Positions 12,379 to 26,600 of a stretch of 64,000 nt of DNA are shown in pieces. The DNA lies in the NCBI GenBank assembly GCA_964016885.1, contig OZ024756.1, forward strand, positions 14,446,001 through 14,510,000, given 5' to 3'. The DNA comes from Eledone cirrhosa (lineage: Eukaryota). Position 1 is the first letter of the stretch. Each line of letters begins with the position of its first letter. Made by a program: the position numbers and the translations under genes. A model generated the notes under the pieces. It searched no databases. It was given only the letters and a program-made list of their open reading frames with translations, and was not told the DNA's origin.

Positions 12379-14588
12379 TCATTACTAGCAGAAAAACCAC
12401 CCTTAGGGTGGTTTTCTGCACGACAAAGAAAGCACCCAGCCCACACTGTAAAGTGGTCGTGTAGGCGCCATGAAAAAGAAAGCACCTAGCACTCGCTGTA
12501 AATGAGGTTGGTGTTAGGAAGGGCATCCAGCTGTAGAAATCAAGCCAGAATCAGTTCCCGTCCCACCCTTGCAAGTAGGGAAAAGTGGACGTAAAATGAA
12601 ATGATTATGATGATGATGATGATTTCATTTGAAGCATTGTTTTCTACAGAGGAAATTCCTGTTTCTCTTTTCCAGTGGTTCGTTTATTAATCTTCTTGGT
12701 CAGCTACTCTTTGGTGAAGTGTAACAGGGGATTCAATGTTAGGAGATTGATTCAAATAATTGTTTCTACATTTGGCACAAGGCCAGTAATTATCCCAGTG
12801 TATTACTGGTACTTTATTTTATCGACCCCATAAGGATGAAAGGCAAAGTTAATCTCGGCGGGATTTGAACTCAGAATGGCAAGGGCCGTAACTCTATGCG
12901 TCAAAGCATGGCGTCCGACCCTCTAACGATACTGCCAATCCATGCCTTCTTGATTGATTCAAATAATAATAATTGTTTCTGATTTAGGCACAAGGCCAGC
13001 AATTTTGGGGGAGGGGCAAGCCGATTACACCAATTTCAGTGTATTACTGGTACTTTATATTATTGACCTCATAATAATGGTTTCTTAGATAGGCACAAGG
13101 CCAACCATTTTGGGGGAGGGGTAAGTCGATTAAATCGACCCCAGTGCGTGACTGGTACTTTTTTTATTTGATTGACCCCATAAGGATGAAAGGCAAAGTT
13201 AACCTCGGCGGGATTTGAACTCAGATCATAAAGGGCCGTAACTCTATGCTGAAAAGCATGTTGACTGATGCCCTACCGATACTGCCAATCTGCTGCCCAT
13301 ATTGACCTCATAATAATTGTTTCTACTATTGGCACAAGGCCAGCAATTACCCCACTACATTACTGGTACTTTAATTTATCGACCACATAAGGATGAAAGG
13401 CAAAGCTAACCTAACCCTGGCGGGATTTGAACTTGGAATGTAAAGGGTCATAACTATGCTGCAAAGCAGGGTGTCCGACTCTACCAATAATGCCAATCCA
13501 CCACCATTTTAATCATCATCACCATCCTTTTACGTCCGCTTTTCCCCTGCTTGCAAGGGTGGGACGGGAACTTATTCTGGCTTGATTTCTACAGCTGGAT
13601 GCCCTTCCTAACACCAACCTCATTAACAGTGAGTGCTGGGTGCTTTTTTGCCGTGGCACCTCCACGACCACTTCACAGTGGAATGATATGGACCCCAGTC
13701 CTATCATCTCATTTCTACAGCTGAGTAAACTGGAGCAATGTGAAATAAAGTGTCTTGCTCAAGGACACAACACATCACCCGGTCTGAGAATTGAACTCAC
13801 AACCTTTCGATGGCAAGGCCAATGCTCTAACCACTAAGCCATGTGCCTCCATTTAATAATAATAATAATTGTTTCTACGTTTGGCACAAGGCCAGCAATT
13901 ATCCAGTACATTACTGGTACTTTATTTTATCGACCCTGTAAGGATGAAAGGCAAAGTTAACCTCGGCGGGATTTGAACTCAGACTGTAAAGGGACGTAAC
14001 TCTATGCGTCAAAGCATGGTATCCGACCCTCTACCGATACTGCCAAATAATAATAATAATAATAATAATTGTTTCTACTATTGGCACAAGGCCAGCAATT
14101 ACCCAGTACATTACTGGTACTTTATAATAATAATAATTGTTTCTACGTTAGGCACAAGGCCAGCAAACTCACCAGTGTATTACTGGTATAATAATAGTAA
14201 GTTGTAAATAATTGAACATTCATATATAATTGATTATCATTCTGTTGTAAATATGATTTTAAACAGATAACTGTTTCTACTTTAGGCACAAGGCCAGCAA
14301 TTACCCAGTACATTACTGGTACTTTATTTTATCGACCCCGTAAGGATGAAAGGCAAAGTTAACCTCGGCGGGATTTGAACTCAGACTGTAAAGGGACGTA
14401 ACTCTATGCTAGAAAGCATGACTGTTCACATTAGTAGAAACAAAATAAGAAACAAACAGTAGCAAACAGTACATTTGTACATTATTCTATGTACTATACA
14501 TGCACCTTTGATGAGTTGTAGTGCACCTGAGCACTGTACACAATAATTTCATTATTATTATTTAAATGACCAAATATGGTATTCTTAC

Positions 14589-14711
14589 CAAATGATATAT
14601 CCGTGTCATCATCTTTGAGAGTGAAACCTTTTCTTGAGGAAGTTTTTCCATCCTCTGTTCCATGGGGGTGGTTAACAGCTGAACTGACAGATGGGACAGG
14701 CAGGACTGGAT
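14589..14711 (-). CDS. NEDD1: NEDD1 coding exon 8 (DPVLPVPSVSS...DDDTDISF)
   Basis: 123 nt; ttgtag acceptor, GTAAGA donor; open in phase. Confidence 0.78.
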
Positions 14712-14736
14712 CTACAATAAATACCGCTTGAATTTA

Positions 14737-15700
14737 CTACCACTGCAACTGACACCACTACCTTCACTACCACTGCTGCTACTGCTACTACTACCACTGC
14801 AACCGACACCACTACCACTGCTGCTACTGCTACTACTACCACTGCAACCGACACCACTACCACTGCTGCTACTGCTACTACTACCACTGCAACCGACACC
14901 ACTACCTTCACTACCACTACTGCTACTACCACCACAACCGACACCACTACCTTCACTACCACTGCTGCTACTGCTACTACTACCACCACAACCAACACCA
15001 CTACTGCTACTACCACCACTACCTTCACTACCACTGCTGCTACTACCACCACAACCAACACCACTACCTTCACTACCACTACTGCTACTACCACCACAAC
15101 CAACACCACTACCTTCACTACCACTGCTGCTACTGCTACTACTACCACCACAACCAACACCACTACTGCTACTACCACCACTACCTTCACTACCACTGCT
15201 GCTACTACCACCACAACCAACACCACTACCTTCACTACCACTACTGCTACTACCACCACAACCAACACCACTACCTTCACTACCACTACTGCTACTACCA
15301 CCACAACCAACACCACTACCTTCACTACCACTACTGCTACTACCACCACAACCAACACCACTACCTTCACTACCACTGCTGCTACTACCACCACAACCAA
15401 CACCACTACCTTCACTACCACTGCTGCTACTACCACCACAACCAACACCACTACCTTCACTACCACTGCTGCTACTACCACCACAACCAACACCACTACC
15501 TTCACTACCACTGCTGCTACTACCACCACAACCAACACCACTACCTTCACTACCACTGCTGCTACTACCACCACAACCAACACCACTACCTTCACTACCA
15601 CTGCTGCTACTACCACCACAACCAACACCACTACCTTCACTACCACTGCTGCTACTACCACCACAACCAACACCACTACCTTCACTGCTGCTGCTACTAT
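14737..15700. repeat. 45-bp (CCA/CTA-derived) minisatellite
   Basis: Unit CCACCACAACCAACACCACTACCTTCACTACCACTGCTGCTACTA. Confidence 0.93.
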
Positions 15701-15981
15701 CACTATATATATATTTATTAAAATAACAGATTAAAGTTTAAGCAAAGAGTCGCTGCTTTCACCCTTAACGGGATCTTCTGAAACTAACAAAGTCAATCTG
15801 TGAACGCAGAAGTGAATATTTCAAAAAACGTTGCAACCGGAGGAAGACAGGAAGACGATACTTTGGTTCGTGGAAACGTTCCCTGGCAAAGAACGGGAAA
15901 AAACGTTTTTTCCCATTCGTCTTCCTCCGGTTGCAACGTTTTTTGAAATATTCACTTCTGCGTTCACAGATTGACTTTGTT

Positions 15982-16032
15982 AGTTTCAGAAGATCCCGTT
16001 AAGGGTGAAAGCAGCGATTCTTTGCTTAAATT
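15982..16032 (+). ncRNA. Variant hammerhead-like motif (CAGAAGA core); copies at 7023-7073(-), 15735-15785(-), 54099-54148(+)
   Basis: AGTTT-CAGAAGA-TCCC GTTAA GGGT-GAAA-GCAG CGATTCT TTGC-TT-AAA(C/T)T. Confidence 0.5.
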
Positions 16033-16952
16033 TTAATCTGTTATTTTAATAAATATTTGCTCTACAGTTCTTATATATTTGATATATATTTATCCTTATC
16101 GAGCCCTCTTTGGATTTTAGTCTTCAAATTTATTATTATTACTATATATATATATATACATATATATATCATTATCATCACCGTTATATGTCAATTTTTC
16201 CACGCTAGCATGGGAAATATGGGTTGTCCTGTTGTGTAGGCAATGCTAGGTCAGGTGACCATGTCTTGCACATACAGAACTGATTTTGGCTTGGTATCCA
16301 CAGCTGGATGCCCTTCCTATATAGATACACAAGTTATCATTTTCAGTTACTCTAGTTCAAGAGTTGGAGTAACCCTTATCAAGGACTGTTTCCCCATACA
16401 GTGGTTATTGACCCAACAAGAGATTTACTTCAGGTGGTTTATCGTAGGGCAATCCTTATAAGGTTCCGTAATCAGTAATCCTTGGAGTAGTTACAAATAG
16501 ATAAATAAAGATTTACAAAGGTTAGCAATACAGTAGAATTTATTTCAAGCATTTTACATATGTTTCATTGGAGTTGAGGGGTTTTGTCTTGAAGCCGCTA
16601 TTCTCAATAATCTGTCAGGGTGAAACATATGTAAATGCTTGAAATAACTCCTACTGTATTGCAAATATGTGTAAATCATCATTTATCTATTTATATGATC
16701 AGTAGAAGTTGTTTTGGCAAAAAACAGGAGTAAGCAGGAGAAAGCTCTCTACATTTGTAGTGTGTAGTTACGATGGAGATTCATTATAAGAATAACATTC
16801 AAATCCCGTCGAGGTTAACTTTGCCTTTCATCCTTACAGGGTCGATAAAATAAAGTACCAGTAATACACTGGGATAATTGCTGGCCTTGTGCCTATGGTA
16901 GAAACAATTATAAGAATAACATTAATAAAGATGCTATTACATAAATCATTTA

Positions 16953-17042
16953 TTCATTATAATTATTTCAATGGTTCACTTGTGCAATCCAAGATGTAAT
17001 GCATGCATTGTTGTTGGTATCGAAACGATATCTTCAGATAAG
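16953..17042 (-). ncRNA. Type I hammerhead motif (inverted-arm copy)
   Basis: Minus strand TAT-CTGAAGA...GAAA-TAATTA-TA-ATGAATAAA; weak stems I and II. Confidence 0.5.
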
Positions 17043-17122
17043 AATCCGATTTTGTGATATGCAGCAGGCCAAAAAAAAAAAATGTCTTTTTATTTGCCTG
17101 CAGCATATCACATAATCGGATT

Positions 17123-17213
17123 TTTATCTGAAGATATTGTTTCCATACCAACAACAAATGCATACGTTACATCTTGGATTGCATAAGTGAACCATTGAAA
17201 TAATTATAATGAA
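17123..17213 (+). ncRNA. Type I hammerhead motif
   Basis: TTTAT-CTGAAGA-TATTGTTTC...GAACCATT-GAAA-TAATTA-TA-ATGAA; palindromic stem III; imperfect stem II. Confidence 0.55.
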
Positions 17214-17302
17214 TAAACAATTTATGAAATATCAGCATCTTTATTAATGCTATTCTTTATCTATTTATATATAGATATATATACATATACATACACACAC
17301 AC

Positions 17303-17460
<158 letters not shown>

Positions 17461-17657
17461 ATATATATATATATGTATATATATATGTATATATATGTAT
17501 ATATATATATGTATATAAGTATATATATGTATATATGTATATATATGTATATATATATGTATATAAGTATATATATGTATATATATATATGTATATATGT
17601 ATATATATATGTATATATATATAAGTGTATATATATTTGTATATAAGTATATATGTA

Positions 17658-17695
<38 letters not shown>

Positions 17696-18697
17696 TATAT
17701 ATACATACAAAACCGTCTAACCCATGCTAGCGTGGAAGATGGACGTTAAACGATGATGATGATGATGATATATATACATATTCCATTTAAGTTATTTTAA
17801 TTACCAATAGGTAGAACTGGTGGTTCTGGGAGACAGATCATGATGCAACAAATTAAAGCAGTCAACGTTATGCAAATCATCCATCGTAGATGTGGTATCC
17901 AGTGGTTGATGTAGGAACAGAGTAAAGTATTTATTAAACGAGAGCAGAAGGCCGGATTGGAAAATGTGCTTTAAAATTTTAACTCCGTGAAATCCCTATA
18001 CATGTTGTTTTGGCCCAGTTCTACCATCCAAATATGATGCAAGACAAGACGATCTCATCAGGCAACTTCAAAAGAATTACATAACAGGGTTATGTTGAAC
18101 CCAAACATATCATGGAAGATAGGGAAAAGAGAAAAGGATATTAAAAAATGAAAATTTTACACAGGGACTGCCTGCAAAAAAACTGTTGTGAGGAGGCTGC
18201 CTATGTAATGTACTAGATCCAATCTTATTAGTTTTTTTTTCAATATAATTAAAAGAAAGTAGTCATTTTATATTACAAAACACTATTAACCTTTTAGCAT
18301 TTAAACTGGCTGTATCCGGCCAGAATTCTCTCACCTCTTTCTGTTCAAACCGGCTGTAACCTGCTGCTCATACTGATGTTAAGGTATTGTTCTCAACATA
18401 GACAATATCAAAATCTTATAGATTTGATATCATGTGAGATATTATGTGAGGTAAAGCCATTACTGTGAAACTATAATAGTATATATATAGAGTAATGTAA
18501 ATGCTATAAGGTTAATGGGGACAAAAAAAAAAGAAAAAAGAATGAAGAGAAAGGGGGTGGACTGATACCACACTCCCAGTCTGTGGGGTGCTTCAAACGC
18601 AACCCACGGACAAATTGGGAAAATGTCCAATTTGTATTGGTGATTCTACAAAACTAATGTTTTCCTCTGCTTATATATTATTAATTACAGCACTTAC

Positions 18698-18788
18698 CTG
18701 ATTGTTGAGTATGTTTTGCTAATAGTTCAGGTGACCTTGTCATGTTGGTACTGAGGTTGAAACTGCCAGTTGAGAATCTCTCTTGATT
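18698..18788 (-). CDS. NEDD1: NEDD1 coding exon 7 (NQERFSTGSFNLSTNMTRSPELLAKHTQQS)
   Basis: 91 nt; pyrimidine tract plus TAG, CAG/GTAAGT donor; open in the required phase. Confidence 0.8.
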
Positions 18789-19139
18789 CTAGAACAGAGA
18801 CACAGAGTTAGAGAAAGGGAGAGAGAGAGTGACAGAGTTAGAGAGAGAGAGTGACAGTGAGAGAGTGGCAAAGAGAGTTAGTGACAGAGAGAGAGTGACA
18901 GAGTTAGGGAGAGTTAGTGAAAGAGAGAGTGGCAGAGAGAGTTAGTGACAGAGAAAGAGAGAGAGTTAGGAAGAGTGAGTTAGAGAGAGTGACAGAGAGA
19001 GAGAGAGAGAGAGAGAGTTAGAGAGAGTGTCAGAGAGAGTTAGACAGAAAGAGGAGACAGCTAGGCGGAGAGAGTTAGACAGAGAGACATAGATAGATTA
19101 GGTGAATATTTAACTGGACAGATACAAACATCTTGATAC

Positions 19140-19191
<52 letters not shown>

Positions 19192-19934
19192 GGAAAATAT
19201 TTAAATAAACAGACATTTTGATTCTAGAAGAGAGAGTCAGACAGGGAGAGACAAGGTAAATATTTAAATGGACAGATGATACATTATCACTGTTTAACAT
19301 ATAGTTCCCACACTTACCTGGGCTAAACAGGTTGTCTTAACATTTGGTACGATGACCTGTACTGTCAGATGACCCCCCCCCCCCTCCCATCTTGCTTGTA
19401 CACTCCGTTTTTTGACTTGGTTTCTATGGCTCGATGCCCTTCCTAATGCCAAACACTTTACAGAATGTACTGAGAGCATTTTATTATGGTTCCAGCATTA
19501 CTACCTTACAGAGTAGACTGGGTGCCTTTTTTGTGGCACCAGACCTACTGCCTTACAGTGCTGACTGGGTGCTTTTTATTGTGACACTAGTACAACCACC
19601 ATACAGGGTAGACTGGGTGCCTTTTTTGTGGCACCAGCACGACCACCTTACAGGATTGACTGGGTGCTCTATTTTATGGCACAAGCTCCACTATCTTAGA
19701 GGGTGGACAGGGTGCTATTTATCATGGCACCAGCACTGCCACCTTACAGGGTGGACTGGGTGCCTTTTATTGTGACACCAGAACTACCATCTTTCTGATG
19801 AAGGAATAAATAAGTAGAAAGACACAGAGTGAAAGATAGAGAGAGAGATTGGGTAAATAAATAGATAGGAATAAAACAAATAGCAGCAAGAATGGACCTC
19901 AATTATAAGCTAAAACATGGAATATTTACCACAG

Positions 19935-20335
19935 GTTATCTCATGGCAGTGAGACCAGGGCTCTGAATGACACTATGACGAACATACTCAGTGTCGCCCA
20001 GCAAAAGATGGAGCGCATCATATTGGGTATCACGCTGCCTGACAAGAAGAAGAACACTTGGATCTAACAACAGACTGGAGTCGGCGACATAACAACAACC
20101 ATCAAGATGAACAAACACAGATGTGCGGGCCACAGTTTGCGACTCAGTGACACATCAGAGTGATAGAGTGGACATCAAGAAAATGGACAAGATCAAAAGG
20201 ACGTCCAAAGACAAGGTGGCGATTTGACCTCACCAACCACCTGGGACCCTCATGGCCAGGACTGGCAAGGGAGAGAAATCAATAGAAGGGGTCCAGAGAG
20301 AGGTTCCTCCTCCATGAATGATTTCAAGACCCTGG
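19935..20335 (+). mobile_element. Decayed RTE LINE 3' fragment
   Basis: QQKMERIILGITL.DKKKNTWI..QTGV remnants with stops. Confidence 0.7.
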
Positions 20336-20473
20336 ATCAAGCATCTCATGTAACAGTGATTATTCACTTTGACAGCCAGTTGAATGAGAGATGAAGAGTG
20401 ACCAGGACTGAATCAATGCCAAGCAAGTACGAGAGAGAGAGAGAGAGTGTGTGTGTGTGTGTGTGTGTGTTAC

Positions 20474-20654
20474 CTTTCGGAACTTAATACAGTTGATGGC
20501 AGATTTGTGGGCAGCTTCTTTATAGATGAGGGCGGACTTCATTGAGCGCCGATCAAATAGATAGAGGGAACCTTGCTTGCTTCCCACACAGATCATATCT
20601 CCACAGACATCGACACATGTTAGCGCTGACTTCACAGATGTCACAGATATTGCA
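20474..20654 (-). CDS. NEDD1: NEDD1 coding exon 6 (AISVTSVKSALTCVD...AHKSAINCIKFRK)
   Basis: 181 nt; ttttag acceptor, AG/GTAACA donor; phase fits exon 5. Confidence 0.9.
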
Positions 20655-20674
20655 CTAAAATGAAACGAAATACT

Positions 20675-23600
20675 GTCAGTAAGGTATGGTTGGCATTAGG
20701 AGAAACTAGCTGTGTTAGTAAGGTAGGGGTTGGCATTAGAAAGGGCAGCTGGCTGTGTTAGTAAGGTAGGGGTTGGCATCAGGAAAGGCAACTGGCTGTG
20801 TTAGTAAGGTAGGGGTTGGCATCAGGAAAGGCAACTGGCTGTGTTAGTAAGGTAGGGGTTGGCATCAGGAAGGGCAGCTGGCTGTGTTAGTAAGGTAGGG
20901 GTTGGCATCAGGAAGGGCAGCTAGCTGTGTTAGTAAGGTAGGGGTTGGCATCAGGAAGGGCAGCTGGCTGTGTTAGTAAGGTAGGGGTTGGCATCAGGAA
21001 AGGCAACTGGCTGTGTTAGTAAGGTAGGGGTTGGCATCAGGAAGGGCAGCTGGCTGTGTTAGTAAGGTAGGGGTTGGCATCAGGAAGGGCAGCTGGCTGT
21101 GTTAGTAAGGAAGGGCAGCTAGCTGTGTTAGTAAGGTAGGGGTTGGCATCAGGAAGGGCAACTGGCTGTGTTAGTAAGGTAGGGGTTGGCATTAGAAAGG
21201 GCAGCTGGCTGTGTTAGTAAGGTAGGGGTTGGCATCAGGAAGGGCAGCTGGCTGTGTTAGTAAGGTAAGGGTTGGCATCAGGAAGGGCAACTGGCTGTGT
21301 TAGTAAGGTAGGGGTTGGCATCAGGAAAGGCAACTGGCTGTGTTAGTAAGGTAGGGGTTGGTATCAGGAAGGGCAGCTGGCCGTGTTTACTAAGGTAGGG
21401 GTTGGCATCAGGAAGGGCAACTGGCTGTGTTAGTAAGGTAGGGGTTGGCATCAGGAAGGGCAACTGGCTGTGTTAGTAAGGTAAGGGTTGGCATCAGGAA
21501 GGGCAGCTGGCTGTGTTAGTAAGGTAAGGGTTGGCATCAGGAAGGGCAGCTGGCTGTGTTAGTAAGGTAAGGGGTTGGCATCAGGAAGGGCAACTGGCTG
21601 TGTTAGTAAGGTAGGGGTTGGCATCAGGAAGGGCAACTGGCTGTGTTAGTAAGGTAAGGGTTGGCATCAGGAAGGGCAACTGGCTGTGTTAGTAAGGTAA
21701 GGGTTGGCATCAGGAAGGGCAGCTGGCTGTGTTAGTAAGGTAGGGGTTGGCATCAGGAAGGGCAACTGGCTGTGTTAGTAAGGTAGGGGTTGGTATCAGG
21801 AAGGGCAGCTGGCTGTGTTAGTAAGGTAGGGGTTGGCATCAGGAAGGGCAGCTGGCTGTGTTAGTAAGGTAAGGGTTGGCATCAGGAAGGGCAGCTGGCT
21901 GTGTTAGTAAGGTAAGGGTTGGCATCAGGAAGGGCAGCTGGCTGTGTTAGTAAGGTAGGGGTTGGCATCAGGAAGGGCAACTGGCTGTGTTAGTAAGGTA
22001 AGGGTTGGCATCAGGAAGGGCAGCTGGCTGTGTTAGTAAGGTAAGGGTTGGCATCAGGAAGGGCAGCTGGCTGTGTTAGTAAGGTAGGGGTTGGCATCAG
22101 GAAGGGCAACTGGCTGTGTTAGTAAGGTAAGGGTTGGCATCAGGAAGGGCAGCTGGCTGTGTTAGTAAGGTAAGGGTTGGCATCAGGAAGGGCAGCTGGC
22201 TGTGTTAGTAAGGTAGGGGTTGGCATCAGGAAGGGCAACTGGCTGTGTTAGTAAGGTAAGGGTTGGCATCAGGAAGGGCAGCTGGCTGTGTTAGTAAGGT
22301 AAGGGTTGGCATCAGGAAGGGCAGCTGGCTGTGTTAGTAAGGTAGGGGTTGGCATCAGGAAGGGCAACTGGCTGTGTTAGTAAGGTAGGGGTTGGCATCA
22401 GGAAGGGCAACTGGCTGTGTTAGTAAGGTAGGGGTTGGCATCAGGAAGGGCAACTGGCTGTGTTAGTAAGGTAAGGGTTGGCATCAGGAAGGGCAGCTGG
22501 CTGTGTTAGTAAGGTAGGGGTTGGCATCAGGAAGGGCAACTGGCTGTGTTAGTAAGGTAAGGGTTGGCATCAGGAAGGGCAGCTGGCTGTGTTAGTAAGG
22601 TAGGGGTTGGCATCAGGAAGGGCAACTGGCTGTGTTAGTAAGGTAAGGGTTGGCATCAGGAAGGGCAGCTGGCTGTGTTAGTAAGGTAAGGGTTGGCATC
22701 AGGAAGGGCAACTGGCTGTGTTAGTAAGGTAGGGGTTGGCATCAGGAAGGGCAGCTGGCTGTGTTAGTAAGGTAAGGGTTGGCATCAGGAAGGGCAGCTG
22801 GCTGTGTTAGTAAGGTAGGGGTTGGCATCAGGAAGGGCAACTGGCTGTGTTAGTAAGGTAAGGGTTGGCATCAGGAAGGGCAGCTGGCTGTGTTAGTAAG
22901 GTAGGGGTTGGCATCAGGAAGGGCAGCTGGCTGTGTTAGTAAGGTAAGGGTTGGCATCAGGAAGGGCAGCTGGCTGTGTTAGTAAGGTAGGGGTTGGCAT
23001 CAGGAAGGGCAACTGGCTGTGTTAGTAAGGTAGGGGTTGGCATCAGGAAGGGCAACTGGCTGTGTTAGTAAGGTAAGGGTTGGCATCAGGAAGGGCAGCT
23101 GGCTGTGTTAGTAAGGTAGGGGTTGGCATCAGGAAGGGCAACTGGCTGTGTTAGTAAGGTAAGGGTTGGCATCAGGAAGGGCAGCTGGCTGTGTTAGTAA
23201 GGTAGGGGTTGGCATCAGGAAGGGCAACTGGCTGTGTTAGTAAGGTAAGGGTTGGCATCAGGAAGGGCAGCTGGCTGTGTTAGTAAGGTAAGGGTTGGCA
23301 TCAGGAAGGGCAACTGGCTGTGTTAGTAAGGTAGGGGTTGGCATCAGGAAGGGCAGCTGGCTGTGTTAGTAAGGTAAGGGTTGGCATCAGGAAGGGCAGC
23401 TGGCTGTGTTAGTAAGGTAGGGGTTGGCATCAGGAAGGGCAACTGGCTGTGTTAGTAAGGTAAGGGTTGGCATCAGGAAGGGCAGCTGGCTGTGTTAGTA
23501 AGGTAGGGGTTGGCATCAGGAAGGGCAGCTGGCTGTGTTAGTAAGGTAAGGGTTGGCATCAGGAAGGGCAGCTGGCTGTGTTAGTAAGGTAGGGGTTGGC

Positions 23601-26600
23601 ATCAGGAAGGGCAACTGGCTGTGTTAGTAAGGTAAGGGTTGGCATCAGGAAGGGCAGCTGGCTGTGTTAGTAAGGTAGGGGTTGGCATCAGGAAGGGCAG
23701 CTGGCTGTGTTAGTAAGGTAAGGGTTGGCATCAGGAAGGGCAGCTGGCTGTGTTAGTAAGGTAGGGGTTGGCATCAGGAAGGGCAGCTGGCTGTGTTAGT
23801 AAGGTAGGGGTTGGCATCAGGAAGGGCAGCTGGCTGTGTTAGTAAGGTAAGGGTTGGCATCAGGAAGGGCAGCTGGCTGTGTTAGTAAGGTAGGGGTTGG
23901 CATCAGGAAGGGCAACTGGCTGTGTTAGTAAGGTAAGGGTTGGCATCAGGAAGGGCAGCTGGCTGTGTTAGTAAGGTAGGGGTTGGCATCAGGAAGGGCA
24001 GCTGGCTGTGTTAGTAAGGTAAGGGTTGGCATCAGGAAGGGCAGCTGGCTGTGTTAGTAAGGTAAGGGTTGGCATCAGGAAGGGCAACTGGCTGTGTTAG
24101 TAAGGTAAGGGTTGGCATCAGGAAGGGCAGCTGGCTGTGTTAGTAAGGTAGGGGTTGGCATCAGGAAGGGCAGCTGGCTGTGTTAGTAAGGTAAGGGTTG
24201 GCATCAGGAAGGGCAGCTGGCTGTGTTAGTAAGGTAAGGGTTGGCATCAGGAAGGGCAGCTGGCTGTGTTAGTAAGGTAGGGGTTGGCATCAGGAAGGGC
24301 AACTGGCTGTGTTAGTAAGGTAAGGGTTGGCATCAGGAAGGGCAGCTGGCTGTGTTAGTAAGGTAAGGGTTGGCATCAGGAAGGGCAGCTGGCTGTGTTA
24401 GTAAGGTAAGGGTTGGCATCAGGAAGGGCAGCTGGCTGTGTTAGTAAGGTAAGGGTTGGCATCAGGAAGGGCAGCTGGCTGTGTTAGTAAGGTAAGGGTT
24501 GGCATCAGGAAGGGCAACTGGCTGTGTTAGTAAGGTAAGGGTTGGCATCAGGAAGGGCAACTGGCTGTGTTAGTAAGGTAAGGGTTGGCATCAGGAAGGG
24601 CAGCTGGCTGTGTTAGTAAGGTAAGGGTTGGCATCAGGAAGGGCAACTGGCTGTGTTAGTAAGGTAAGGGTTGGCATCAGGAAGGGCAACTGGCTGTGTT
24701 AGTAAGGTAAGGGTTGGCATCAGGAAGGGCAGCTGGCTGTGTTAGTAAGGTAAGGGTTGGCATCAGGAAGGGCAGCTGGCTGTGTTAGTAAGGTAAGGGT
24801 TGGCATCAGGAAGGGCAGCTGGCTGTGTTAGTAAGGTAGGGGTTGGCATCAGGAAGGGCAGCTGGCTGTGTTAGTAAGGTAAGGGTTGGCATCAGGAAGG
24901 GCAGCTGGCTGTGTTAGTAAGGTAAGGGTTGGCATCAGGAAGGGCAGCTGGCTGTGTTAGTAAGGTAGGGGTTGGCATCAGGAAGGGCAACTGGCTGTGT
25001 TAGTAAGGTAAGGGTTGGCATCAGGAAGGGCAGCTGGCTGTGTTAGTAAGGTAAGGGTTGGCATCAGGAAGGGCAGCTGGCTGTGTTAGTAAGGTAAGGG
25101 TTGGCATCAGGAAGGGCAGCTGGCTGTGTTAGTAAGGTAAGGGTTGGCATCAGGAAGGGCAGCTGGCTGTGTTAGTAAGGTAAGGGTTGGCATCAGGAAG
25201 GGCAACTGGCTGTGTTAGTAAGGTAAGGGTTGGCATCAGGAAGGGCAACTGGCTGTGTTAGTAAGGTAAGGGTTGGCATCAGGAAGGGCAGCTGGCTGTG
25301 TTAGTAAGGTAAGGGTTGGCATCAGGAAGGGCAGCTGGCTGTGTTAGTAAGGTAAGGGTTGGCATCAGGAAGGGCAACTGGCTGTGTTAGTAAGGTAAGG
25401 GTTGGCATCAGGAAGGGCAACTGGCTGTGTTAGTAAGGTAAGGGTTGGCATCAGGAAGGGCAGCTGGCTGTGTTAGTAAGGTAAGGGTTGGCATCAGGAA
25501 GGGCAACTGGCTGTGTTAGTAAGGTAAGGGTTGGCATCAGGAAGGGCAACTGGCTGTGTTAGTAAGGTAAGGGTTGGCATCAGGAAGGGCAGCTGGCTGT
25601 GTTAGTAAGGTAAGGGTTGGCATCAGGAAGGGCAGCTGGCTGTGTTAGTAAGGTAAGGGTTGGCATCAGGAAGGGCAACTGGCTGTGTTAGTAAGGTAAG
25701 GGTTGGCATCAGGAAGGGCAACTGGCTGTGTTAGTAAGGTAAGGGTTGGCATCAGGAAGGGCAACTGGCTGTGTTAGTAAGGTAAGGGTTGGCATCAGGA
25801 AGGGCAGCTGGCTGTGTTAGTAAGGTAAGGGTTGGCATCAGGAAGGGCAACTGGCTGTGTTAGTAAGGTAAGGGTTGGCATCAGGAAGGGCAACTGGCTG
25901 TGTTAGTAAGGTAAGGGTTGGCATCAGGAAGGGCAGCTGGCTGTGTTAGTAAGGTAAGGGTTGGCATCAGGAAGGGCAACTGGCTGTGTTAGTAAGGTAA
26001 GGGTTGGCATCAGGAAGGGCAACTGGCTGTGTTAGTAAGGTAAGGGTTGGCATCAGGAAGGGCAGCTGGCTGTGTTAGTAAGGTAAGGGTTGGCATCAGG
26101 AAGGGCAACTGGCTGTGTTAGTAAGGTAAGGGTTGGCATCAGGAAGGGCAGCTGGCTGTGTTAGTAAGGTAAGGGTTGGCATCAGGAAGGGCAGCTGGCT
26201 GTGTTAGTAAGGTAAGGGTTGGCATCAGGAAGGGCAGCTGGCTGTGTTAGTAAGGTAAGGGTTGGCATCAGGAAGGGCAGCTGGCTGTGTTAGTAAGGTA
26301 AGGGTTGGCATCAGGAAGGGCAACTGGCTGTGTTAGTAAGGTAAGGGTTGGCATCAGGAAGGGCAGCTGGCTGTGTTAGTAAGGTAAGGGTTGGCATCAG
26401 GAAGGGCAGCTGGCTGTGTTAGTAAGGTAAGGGTTGGCATCAGGAAGGGCAGCTGGCTGTGTTAGTAAGGTAAGGGTTGGCATCAGGAAGGGCAGCTGGC
26501 TGTGTTAGTAAGGTAAGGGTTGGCATCAGGAAGGGCAGCTGGCTGTGTTAGTAAGGTAAGGGTTGGCATCAGGAAGGGCAACTGGCTGTGTTAGTAAGGT

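Noticed and set aside
14672-15726. 343-aa and 332-aa ORFs (poly-V, PQPTPL repeats)
   Set aside because: Translations of a 45-bp intronic minisatellite; no splice or domain support.
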